Assembly (NCBI GenBank): GCA_039024555.1 | Contig: JBCCQQ010000061.1 | Span: forward strand, 1-37,846 | Length of the DNA stretch: 37,846 nucleotides | DNA from: Cyanobacteria bacterium P01_D01_bin.156 | GTDB lineage: Bacteria > Cyanobacteriota > Cyanobacteriia > Phormidesmidales > Phormidesmidaceae | Direction of reading: 5' to 3' | Shown here: positions 30,201-37,846 of the stretch, one piece after another | How positions within the stretch are numbered: the first letter of the stretch is position 1 | How the letters are laid out: each line of letters starts with the position of its first letter | Program-made: the position numbers and the translations under genes | Notes under the pieces: generated by a model | Told to the model about the DNA's origin: nothing | The model's input: only the letters and a program-made list of their open reading frames with translations | The model's database searches: none

Positions 30201-30252
30201 ATCTTACTAAACCGTTTAGTAAAGTCAACTAAAAGTAATCGTTTAGTAGAAT
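30201..30252. promoter_or_regulatory. Divergent devB/tetR promoters with a TetR operator palindrome
   Basis: TTACTAAA-CCG-TTTAGTAA (30204-30222) spans the spacer between the minus-strand TTGACT (-35) and TAAGAT (-10). A partial copy ending CGTTTAGTA (30232-30248) overlaps TAGAAT of tetR. Confidence 0.7.
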
Positions 30253-30282
30253 TGAGTGCTGTCTATAACTGGAGTTAACTGA

Positions 30283-30909
30283 GTGAACCCTGTGCCATCC
30301 CCTGGAGATCCTAAAGCTGATAAGGCCAGAGCTATCTTGGCAGGTGCCTTTGAGGTCTTTATGGCTGAGGGATATGCATCGGCCAGTATGAGCCGTATTG
30401 CCAAGGCTGCAGGGGTGTCGAAACCGACGCTGTATAGCTATTTCCAAGATAAAGAAGGGCTGTTTGTTGCCTTAGTGCAACAGCTGCTGCACAAAAGCGA
30501 TCGGATGATGGTGAATTTGGCTGCAGAGGATATGCTATCTAACCCCCCCGAGGTTGTGATCCGTGCCATGGCTACATCGTTTTTGACGGAAGCGTCCAGT
30601 AATAAGCCTTTTCTGACGCTGATGCGGTTGATTATTGGTGAGTCTGAGCAGTTTCCTGAGCTGGCTCAAACGTTTGTGCGTGAGTTAAGCAAACCGATGT
30701 TGGAAAGGTTGTCGGCTTATCTTGCTCGCCATCCGCAATTGCAGTTCTCCGACCCCGAGATTGCAGCTCGGGTGTTTTCAGGGGCGATGGTTCACTATGT
30801 GATTGTGCAGGAGATGATGGGTGGAAAAGCGATTATGCCGTTAGAGTGCGATCGCATGGTGGACGGTCTGGTGGATATTATTCTGGCGGGTGGTCATTAT
30901 CGGCCTTAA
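30283..30909 (+). CDS. TetR/AcrR family transcriptional regulator
   Basis: HTH SMSRIAKAAGVSKPTLYSYFQDKEGLF; C-terminal LIIGESEQFPELA; divergent from devBCA. Confidence 0.95.
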   Translation: MNPVPSPGDPKADKARAILAGAFEVFMAEGYASASMSRIAKAAGVSKPTLYSYFQDKEGLFVALVQQLLHKSDRMMVNLAAEDMLSNPPEVVIRAMATSFLTEASSNKPFLTLMRLIIGESEQFPELAQTFVRELSKPMLERLSAYLARHPQLQFSDPEIAARVFSGAMVHYVIVQEMMGGKAIMPLECDRMVDGLVDIILAGGHYRP

Positions 30910-30968
30910 GCCCTGTGCTCTCCGTGCTAGCTAGGTATCTGTATTGAATAGCGTTTCTATCCAGTTAA

Positions 30969-33908
30969 CTAAATCACTTCAAACTGAACAACAACGTCGT
31001 TAAAGTCCGCATCACCCAGTCTGGCGATATCTTCGAAGCCAAAGGTATTGTTACCAAGGTGCTTAACATGGTCATCGCCGCTGTTGGCTGCTCCATAGCT
31101 AAAGTACACTTCGCTTGTTGTTGCGTTGCTACCATCCGCAATTAAAAAGGTCCCAAGGTAAGTGCCGCCTTCAATGTCCATCGAAAAAGTCGTAACCTGC
31201 CCGTTTATACCTGTAAGTTCTCCCCCGACCTGTTGCGATAGCGCAGCTTCTTTGTAGCCTGCGTCGCCGGGTTGGAGTAGGTTGCTAGTTAATGGGTCTC
31301 GAACACTACCGCTCGCATCTGCAGTTGTATAGAAGCCAATGGTGTTGTTGAACGCAGCTTCGCGGTAAACTTCGAACCGGAGCGAAACGATGCCTGACTG
31401 CTCTGTGAAATTAATGGCTTCGGCGTCACCTGTAATTAAGTCGGTTGTTCCAGTACGATTATCCAGGCTCATTATCAGCGCGGTACTCTCATCAAAAGTT
31501 AGCTGAACCTGTTCATTATTGATAGAAGAAAGCGTGGCGATGCGGTTTATGCCATTGCTGACCAGTTCGAACTGAAGGAGCTGACCAGTTTCAACAGAAT
31601 CAGATGGAAGCGAGAATGTGGGTGCATAGCTGCTGGGCAGCTGGCCACTTTCTAGCAGAGAAACGCTGTCGATCAGGGTGCGATCCATGCTATTGGTATT
31701 GTTGCCATAGATAATCAGTTCGCTCACAGTGTCGAGCGAAAGCTGGTCGAGGGCAAGGGTGAGTGTATTAAAAGAATTCAAGGTGACAATTTCTAGGGTT
31801 TCCGTATTCCCTACGACTGGTGCGATCTCATCTCCGCTAGTGCCTGGGTTGGGGGAGACTGTTGTTGTTTCTGTTATCTTATATGTGCTGCCAAAATTGG
31901 AGCTGCCATCACCGGCACCAGAGGTGCCACTCCCCCCTAGGGCAAGACTATTGCTGTTAGTGATGCTGTCGTTGTCCACTACTTCCAGGTTCAGCGTGCC
32001 ACTACCAGAAATGCCGTTGACGGTAACAGTGTAGTTTGCACCAGTCCCAGTCACGCTATTAATGGTACCTGTTGTTGTTCCGGTGGTTGTTAGGGCAAAA
32101 TCGTTTGAGTCAACCCCGCTGACGGCTTCGGAGAAAGTGATAGCAAAACTCGCGCTATCAGCATTAGTAGGGTTGGCATTTGCTAAGGTGATGCTACTGA
32201 CTTCAGGGGCATTCTGGACAGTAATAGTACCGGCGCTGATAGCGCTACTAAAAGCCGTATTAGTGCCGTTGGTCGAAGTATCAATCCCCGTATCCCCATT
32301 GTCTGAGCCATCAGTAGTATCCCAGGCTCGGAATTGCAGGGTAGCATCACCGCTGTAGTCAGCATTGGGGACAAAACGAATGCGGGTTTCGGTTTGGACA
32401 GCAACTTGGCTCAGTACGAAAGAGCCTTGAGCCGAGGTTGTATCGTCTCCCAGAAAGATAAAGTTAGGTGTCTCATAGGGGTCGATTGCACCGACAAAGT
32501 TAGTGTAATCTCGGAGCGATCCTGTGAGAATGGATGTCCCATTGGCCGATAAAGTATAGGCGTCATCTTTAATGGCCAATGTGTAGTTGGTGGATTCAGT
32601 GGTATTGAAGGAAACGTTTTCAGCCGCTACGAATGCAGGCCCACCTTGGGCAAAGATGTTTCCAGTGGTTGCAGAGGTTTTCTGGAAGCCTAATTCAATC
32701 GCTTTGGTCGTATCCTGGCTAATGGCAATAATGCTGAAGCCTGCCCGACTTTGATTGGTGCGAGACTCCTCTAAAAGCTGCATTGTGAAAGAAATCTCGT
32801 ACCCTACGGTGTTATCCAGTATGGGAAAGCCAGGGTTAACCAGTGTAGGTAAGCCAGGGCTGACTAGGGATGGACTGGAGTAATTGCTGTAGCCAGCATA
32901 GATATCTTGAGATGCTGTGGTGTCGAGTATTGTGCCACTACTTGCAGTCGTTTCGGTTGCGAGTAGGGGGGCTAGGTTGAGGTTGGTAAAGGACAGTTCC
33001 CCTTGGCTGTTGGGTGGATTGCTTAACGTATTTGTGTAGAGCGATCTGGCACCTAATGTGACAGCGTTGCTGTCGGATGCTGCAGCATCAATATTTTGCC
33101 AGTTACTGCCACCGTCTGTGGAATATTGCCAGGTGCCATTGGTGTTGTCAACGCTAGTGATAGCAATTCCTTCAGGATCAAAATTGGCATCACTAATAAG
33201 GCTAGATGCAAGTTCAGTAACTGTGTTGCCAAGGTTGGCCGTATCCAGGCCATCTTCCCCAATGGCAGTGAAGGTGGCATTGCCGGATAGGACCGGTGCC
33301 TGGTTGCCACCATTTACGGTAAAGGGACCATCCGCCAAGGCAATGGGGCCGGTGTCGTTGCCTGTCCAGTTAGCAGCGTTGCTGATGGCCGTGAGTAATG
33401 CCGCTTGGGAGCCACTGGTGACCGTTTCGTTGTACGTTGAATTATCAAACTCGTCGCCCGCACCACTGCCAGAACCCACGGCTACAGCGGTAGTCCCTAC
33501 GGCTAAACCGGGTGGTAAATCTGATTGATTAGTACCATTACTGCCGGTTTGGAACTGGGTGCTGTTGGTCTGTGCCGCATAGATAAAAGTAGGGGCTGCC
33601 GCAGTTTCCTGGTAGGCGATGACCTGATCACCATCTGCGGCTAAGGCGAATAAACCGTTCTCTGTCGAAAAGTCACCGCTAGTGCCAGTAAATTGAATCA
33701 CTGTCCCAGCTGTAATAGCTGTTGGTGCTGTGTACTTAACCGTGCCTTCAGATGTGCGCAGCGAGCCATCACTTGAGACACCATTATCGGTGAAGAAAAT
33801 TTCGGTTCCTGAGTCAATATCTGTTAGCAGAACAAAGCTAAAAACATCAGGATTATCAGCATTAATACCAATAATTGCTAGATCGCCTGCGGCAAGTGTT
33901 GTCGGCAT
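30969..33908 (-). CDS. Large extracellular multidomain protein (N-terminal beta domain, cadherin/Ig-like repeats, C-terminal DUF4114)
   Basis: T/S/G/N-rich; GIAITSVDNTNGTWQYSTDGG...FRAWD repeat, ITFSEAVSGVD Ig-like domain and REAAFNNTIGFY...FGFEDI...DFND. ATG 33908 has a GAGG RBS; no signal peptide. Confidence 0.85.
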   Translation of the reverse strand: MPTTLAAGDLAIIGINADNPDVFSFVLLTDIDSGTEIFFTDNGVSSDGSLRTSEGTVKYTAPTAITAGTVIQFTGTSGDFSTENGLFALAADGDQVIAYQETAAAPTFIYAAQTNSTQFQTGSNGTNQSDLPPGLAVGTTAVAVGSGSGAGDEFDNSTYNETVTSGSQAALLTAISNAANWTGNDTGPIALADGPFTVNGGNQAPVLSGNATFTAIGEDGLDTANLGNTVTELASSLISDANFDPEGIAITSVDNTNGTWQYSTDGGSNWQNIDAAASDSNAVTLGARSLYTNTLSNPPNSQGELSFTNLNLAPLLATETTASSGTILDTTASQDIYAGYSNYSSPSLVSPGLPTLVNPGFPILDNTVGYEISFTMQLLEESRTNQSRAGFSIIAISQDTTKAIELGFQKTSATTGNIFAQGGPAFVAAENVSFNTTESTNYTLAIKDDAYTLSANGTSILTGSLRDYTNFVGAIDPYETPNFIFLGDDTTSAQGSFVLSQVAVQTETRIRFVPNADYSGDATLQFRAWDTTDGSDNGDTGIDTSTNGTNTAFSSAISAGTITVQNAPEVSSITLANANPTNADSASFAITFSEAVSGVDSNDFALTTTGTTTGTINSVTGTGANYTVTVNGISGSGTLNLEVVDNDSITNSNSLALGGSGTSGAGDGSSNFGSTYKITETTTVSPNPGTSGDEIAPVVGNTETLEIVTLNSFNTLTLALDQLSLDTVSELIIYGNNTNSMDRTLIDSVSLLESGQLPSSYAPTFSLPSDSVETGQLLQFELVSNGINRIATLSSINNEQVQLTFDESTALIMSLDNRTGTTDLITGDAEAINFTEQSGIVSLRFEVYREAAFNNTIGFYTTADASGSVRDPLTSNLLQPGDAGYKEAALSQQVGGELTGINGQVTTFSMDIEGGTYLGTFLIADGSNATTSEVYFSYGAANSGDDHVKHLGNNTFGFEDIARLGDADFNDVVVQFEVI

Positions 33909-34196
33909 TTGTTTGTACCTCTTCAATTTCTAGATGATGAAAAGTGACCCCTTGCCACTGGTCAAGACCTTGGGACTTTTTGAGCAGGTCTAGAGTTCCC
34001 GATGTGTGGCCCTAAGCAGACAAGCATAAATCACAAGCTTGTAAGTAAAATCTCTTAGGGTGCGATCGCATTATAAATGGCCTAGTTGTCAGCATTATGG
34101 CTGATCGTTATTATCAGCCTTCAAAGCTCGATTTTCTAAGACCTTCTTCACTCCAGAAGCGCTGTATGGTGATGACTGTCCTTCGTCATCTACCCC

Positions 34197-35822
34197 ATGC
34201 TAGAAAGCATCATTTGGATACTCCTGGTCGGTTTTTTCGCTGGACAACTGGCCCGACGCTTCAAGGCTCCGGCCCTGGTAGGTATGGTGCTAGCTGGCAT
34301 TGTGCTGGGGCCGCAGGTGGCCAATGTACTAAGCCCTGGCGTGCTAGGTGCAGCAGATGGACTGCGTACCATTGCGGTCATGGTTATTTTGATGAAGGCG
34401 GGTCTGGGGTTGGATCGAGATAAGCTGGCGCAGCAGGGGACGGTGGCATTGCGTCTGGGTTTTTTGCCTGCTACGTGTGAAGCGATCGCAGTGGCCCTGG
34501 CCGCCATCTGGCTGTTTCGGTTTGATGTAGTCACGGGGCTGTTGCTGGGGTGCATTCTAGGGGCAGAATCTCCGGCGGTGATTGTGCCGGGTATGCTGCG
34601 GCTCAAGAGTTTAGGATGGGGCGTCAAAAAAGGGATTCCTGATGCGATTTTGACTGGCAGTGCCCTGTCGGATGTGTTGCTATTGCTGGTATTTAGTTTA
34701 CTGCTCGCTTTTTTAACTCAGGGAGATACTACGGGCTTTACTTTAGGTGGGCTAAGCCTAAGCCCTGTTCAACTGCTGCCGTTTCAGGTGCTTTTGCAGG
34801 TCGCTCTAGGAGTTTTGTTGAGCTGGTTAACTGCTCGGCTGCTAGTGGCGGTTTTAGTAAAACAAACTTGGACCCAGAATGCGGTACAGGATGCTTTAGT
34901 TGCAGCTAGTGTTGCTTTGCTTCTGGTCGTTTTGGCAGAACAGGTTCCTGTGTTCTCGGGCTATTTAGCCGTTATGGCCACAGGATTCTTTTTGATTGAG
35001 TTTGATGCTCCGCTGGCGAGGCGATTGCGAGAAGGGTTTAACAGTCTGTGGGTGGTGGCTGAGATTATTCTGTTTGTTTTACTGGGGGCGAGTATTCAGC
35101 TCTATGTTTTAGGAGATACGCTAGTTGTTGGTTTGTCGATACTGGCGATTGGTACGTTGGTGGGCCGTTCGTTGGGGTGGTATTTGGCGACGCTGGGCAG
35201 TAATTGGACTAGGAAAGAGCGTCTGTTTTTACTGTCTGGTAATTCGGCTAAGGCAACGGTACAGGCGGCGATTGGAGCGATTCCGTTAGCTCAAGGGGTA
35301 AATGGGGGCGAGACGATTCTTGCTCTGGCGGCATTGTCGATTTTGGTGACGGCACCTTTAGGGGCGTGGGCGATTCCTACGTTTGCGCCTAGGTTGCTAG
35401 AGCGGGGTGAGGTGGACCCGACCAAAGTTTCTGTTAGTAAGAAGGTTGTTTTGCTGGCAGCGATTGATACGTCTCCGCTGGTAGAAAAAGTCTTGATGAA
35501 AGCGGCTGAGCTGGCACGTCGATGTGATGGTGAGGTAGTGGTGTTACATGTTCGGCAGGTGAATGATGCTCAAGGCACTGATTATGTGCAGCAGCTGATG
35601 AAACAACACTTAGTGGATATTCGACACCGATTTATCATTACATCTGGCGCTGTTCCTGAAGAGATTCTGCGTATTGCTCAAGACTATGGTATTGCAGAAA
35701 TTGTAATGGGCAAGCGTGGTCACCGATATCTTGAAGATTTCTTTGTTGGCTCTGTTTCACGAGCAGTGCTAGAGATGAGTCCTTTGCCAGTAGTCATTGT
35801 CGAATCAGCCTATGACAGTTAA
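34197..35822 (+). CDS. Cation:proton antiporter (CPA family) fused to a C-terminal universal stress protein domain
   Basis: About 12 TM helices with AESPAVIVP and KATVQAAIG; C-terminal LAAIDTS...IVMGKRG...GSVSRAVLEMSPLPVVIV. Confidence 0.92.
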   Translation: MLESIIWILLVGFFAGQLARRFKAPALVGMVLAGIVLGPQVANVLSPGVLGAADGLRTIAVMVILMKAGLGLDRDKLAQQGTVALRLGFLPATCEAIAVALAAIWLFRFDVVTGLLLGCILGAESPAVIVPGMLRLKSLGWGVKKGIPDAILTGSALSDVLLLLVFSLLLAFLTQGDTTGFTLGGLSLSPVQLLPFQVLLQVALGVLLSWLTARLLVAVLVKQTWTQNAVQDALVAASVALLLVVLAEQVPVFSGYLAVMATGFFLIEFDAPLARRLREGFNSLWVVAEIILFVLLGASIQLYVLGDTLVVGLSILAIGTLVGRSLGWYLATLGSNWTRKERLFLLSGNSAKATVQAAIGAIPLAQGVNGGETILALAALSILVTAPLGAWAIPTFAPRLLERGEVDPTKVSVSKKVVLLAAIDTSPLVEKVLMKAAELARRCDGEVVVLHVRQVNDAQGTDYVQQLMKQHLVDIRHRFIITSGAVPEEILRIAQDYGIAEIVMGKRGHRYLEDFFVGSVSRAVLEMSPLPVVIVESAYDS

Positions 35823-35853
35823 TTCTTGTCTCTAGGGCTATCTCAAATGAGCC

Positions 35854-36456
35854 TTGATGTTTGATACTGTTGAACAAACGCTATCGCTCTATCTTATGCC
35901 TTCTGATTCTGCTCCTCAGCTTTTGCCGAACCATATTACTCAGCTTCGCTGCGGTCTTGGCTGGGATGCTCAGGGTGAAACGGAGCTGGATTTAGATATG
36001 GCTGTGTTAGCTCTTGCCGATAATGGCAAATTAGTAGATGGTCAAGCAGACGTTATCTATGCGGGGCATCCTCGTCATCAGTCTGGTGCGATTCAATTGC
36101 TAAATGACAGTATTACGGGTGAGGGCGATGGGGATGATGAACAGCTTTTAATTCGTTTGTTGGCATTGCCGACGGAGATTACTAAGCTTTTGTTTGTTGT
36201 GACTATTGATTGTGGGGAAGAGCAACAACAAGATTTTAGACAGGCGGAGAATGCATTTTGGCGTATTTTCGATAAGACTAGTCGGCGAGTTTTGCTGCGG
36301 TGCTCATTGTCTAATCCTCAGTGGCAAGGGGTTACTCTGCTGTTGATTGCTACGTTAGAACGTGTGGAGGCTCAGTGGCGGTTAGTTCCTTGTTTGGCAG
36401 CGAGTCAGTTTCATACTCTCAATGAGTTGTTACATGAGTATTATGTACCAGACTGA
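35854..36456 (+). CDS. terD: TerD-family stress protein
   Basis: GLGWD, DLDMA and DSITGEGDGDDEQL motifs; alternative ATG start at 35896. Confidence 0.85.
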   Translation: MMFDTVEQTLSLYLMPSDSAPQLLPNHITQLRCGLGWDAQGETELDLDMAVLALADNGKLVDGQADVIYAGHPRHQSGAIQLLNDSITGEGDGDDEQLLIRLLALPTEITKLLFVVTIDCGEEQQQDFRQAENAFWRIFDKTSRRVLLRCSLSNPQWQGVTLLLIATLERVEAQWRLVPCLAASQFHTLNELLHEYYVPD

Positions 36457-36479
36457 TTGACTAGTGACGTATTGAGGTA

Positions 36480-36860
36480 GATAGCAACTATGATTCATTG
36501 TCAACATGTCCATGCGTAGAATTGTCGAAAAGCAGTGTTAAATTAGTCATTCTGTTATCACTGTTCTATTACATCGAGATGATGGTGATATGGTAGTTGT
36601 AATTTAAGCAAGTGAATCATTCACCAGGAAATGCTTATCTGCAAAAGCAGCAGAATCAACGCTTAGGGATATTTTCTATCAGTTTACTGCTATCTCAGGT
36701 TCTATTGCTACAGAAATTTTACGAATTGCCAAGTAGCACATATCTCCAAAGTTGTTATTGGCAAACTAAGAGAACAACATTAAAAAGTTTCTTTTTTGGA
36801 TTAGCCTCAAAGGCAATGATAGATACGAGCACCCTATCAGTAGTTATTGTTGAAGCGACT
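36480..36860 (+). pseudogene. Decayed universal stress protein gene
   Basis: Three frames give LRDIFYQFTAISGSIATEILRIAK*, HISKVVIGK and TLKSFFFGLASKAMIDTSTLSVVIVEA, collinear with the antiporter USP domain. The 5' boundary is approximate. Confidence 0.65.
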
Positions 36861-37089
36861 TGTAGTTGTGAAGCTGAGCGGCGGCTGATACTATTAGATC
36901 ACACCTTAAGTCTAATCCCGTCGAGTTATATGCCAATGCTAAGGGTTTTGACCTTGACGATCTCAGAAACGATGTCAGATGAAACCTGCTTGCCTCAAAA
37001 ATTGATGAGCATGGTTCAGTCCCGAAAAACTATTGATAAATCACTAGAAATTATATCCAGGACCGCGCCATACGGCTTGCTTGGTCATC

Positions 37090-37709
37090 CTAACCTAAGC
37101 TAGTAATAAATGCTTGGATCCCTTCAAGCAAAGGTTCAGAAACACTCCAAAGCTTTCCTCCTTTGCTTAGAATTCCTGTTAATGCATCTATTGCAGTTTC
37201 TGCTTTTTGGCGCAACGACCCATTCTTCTTCTCTGTGCCTAATTCACCTAAAGTGGATAGATATCTTAGAGCTTTTTGCTTATCTTTTTCACTCAGCGCT
37301 GAATTTGGGTCTTCTAGAATTCCTCTTACGCCATCTAACAAATCAGAAAATTTTGCGAGCTCTGGCTTTTCAGATTCTCTGAGCTGTTCAAGAAGGAGGT
37401 TGAAATTTCCTTCGAAACCACCACTTACAGCACCTGACACTTCTTGACCTATTACACCACTTATATCACCACCAGCAATTCCAACAACATCACCTGTACT
37501 ACTTAGATTGATATTTTGATTCTCACTTGGCATAAAATGACCTCTGCTGTAAATAGAAGATGCATACCGGCCTGGAAGATGTGCATAAGTAGTTTGATGC
37601 ATTGCGAAACTTTCTAAAAATTTAGAATGCTTCTTTTTCTCATCCAGGCGGGCTTTAGCATCAGTCAACTCAAGACTTAAAGTTTCTACCTTCTCATTGG
37701 CAAGAGCTA
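37090..37709 (-). pseudogene. 3' part of a gene interrupted by the ISAzo13-like element (coiled coil, G/S/N/V-rich segment, helical C-terminal domain)
   Basis: The frame is open up to the IS end (ALANEKVETLSLELTDAKARL...). The C-terminal LSEKDKQKAL...KAETAIDALTGIL domain resembles tails of cyanobacterial pentapeptide-repeat/LRR proteins. Internal ATG 37533 has a GAGGT RBS. Confidence 0.6.
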
Positions 37710-37846
37710 AGGAATAGGGATTTAATAACTTCCAGTTTTATATTTGTTGTGGTTGAGCAACATAATTCCATTGAGGTAGATAGTCATCGAAGCGAATGGG
37801 CATCTGAGCCTTAAACTCATCGGTAGCTTTACGTCCGGTCTCATAG
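37710..37846 (-). mobile_element. Right end of an ISAzo13-family element (transposase C-terminus 37738-37845)
   Basis: Minus strand reads YETGRKATDEFKAQMPIRFDDYLPQWNYVAQPQQI*, with the WNY C-terminal motif of ISAzo13 transposases. The terminal sequence ...GAAGTTATTAAATCCCTATTCCT is followed by TAG, a candidate target duplication. Confidence 0.8.

Larger units (their letters stand above)
5461..34489. repeat. Dispersed HIP1 octamers (GCGATCGC), 10 copies seen
   Basis: Copies start at 5461, 11142, 17028, 19660, 21844, 28656, 29405, 30848, 34062 and 34482; a hallmark of cyanobacterial genomes. Confidence 0.85.

Noticed and set aside
33927..34196. Canonical fluoride, Na+/Li+ or c-di-AMP riboswitch before the antiporter
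   Set aside because: Consensus cores (for example GGCGATGG...TGATG.C.CTAC) are not present; kept only as an unassigned structured leader.
36612..37103. 163-aa ORF as a real protein
   Set aside because: Only its middle matches a USP C-terminus; the rest is off-frame read-through of pseudogene debris.
1..37846. Whole window as a composite transposon or island bounded by IS elements
   Set aside because: The two ends belong to different IS types and the interior is mostly housekeeping; an assembly break at multicopy IS elements is the simpler explanation.
1..37846. CRISPR array, tRNA/rRNA, retron or reverse transcriptase, or prophage
   Set aside because: No regularly spaced direct repeats, cloverleaf or rRNA-like segments, RT motifs or phage structural genes were seen.

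Overview
Chromosomal segment from a cyanobacterium, indicated by 10 HIP1 GCGATCGC sites, NtcA boxes, cyanobacterial glgA2, devBCA, rbp and DUF4114/DUF3352-type genes. Each edge carries the 3' end of a different IS transposase: a DDE element on the left and an ISAzo13-like element on the right. The core is mostly housekeeping: ssb paralog, glgA, amt, bcp-NUDIX-hydrolase operon, NADH-GOGAT gltBD, htpX, a second infC, GST, ArsC/Spx, rbp, a cNMP-AAA-ferredoxin membrane protein, devBCA-TetR, a large secreted protein, an antiporter-USP fusion and TerD. No complete known defence or biosynthetic system, CRISPR array, tRNA or rRNA is visible. The best leads the ORF track misses are: a multi-helix, switch-like leader over the RBS of a tail-less SSB; an orphan double-glycine-type precursor peptide with its own promoter and terminator; an infC that must start at ATC; a 42-aa membrane microprotein tightly upstream of the cNMP-AAA-Fe-S gene; an MNT antitoxin whose HEPN partner has decayed, with an AT-rich AIPR gene next to it; and several pseudogenes (GST, USP, an IS-split gene with an internal restart). 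All family calls come from motif recognition by eye, without database searches.
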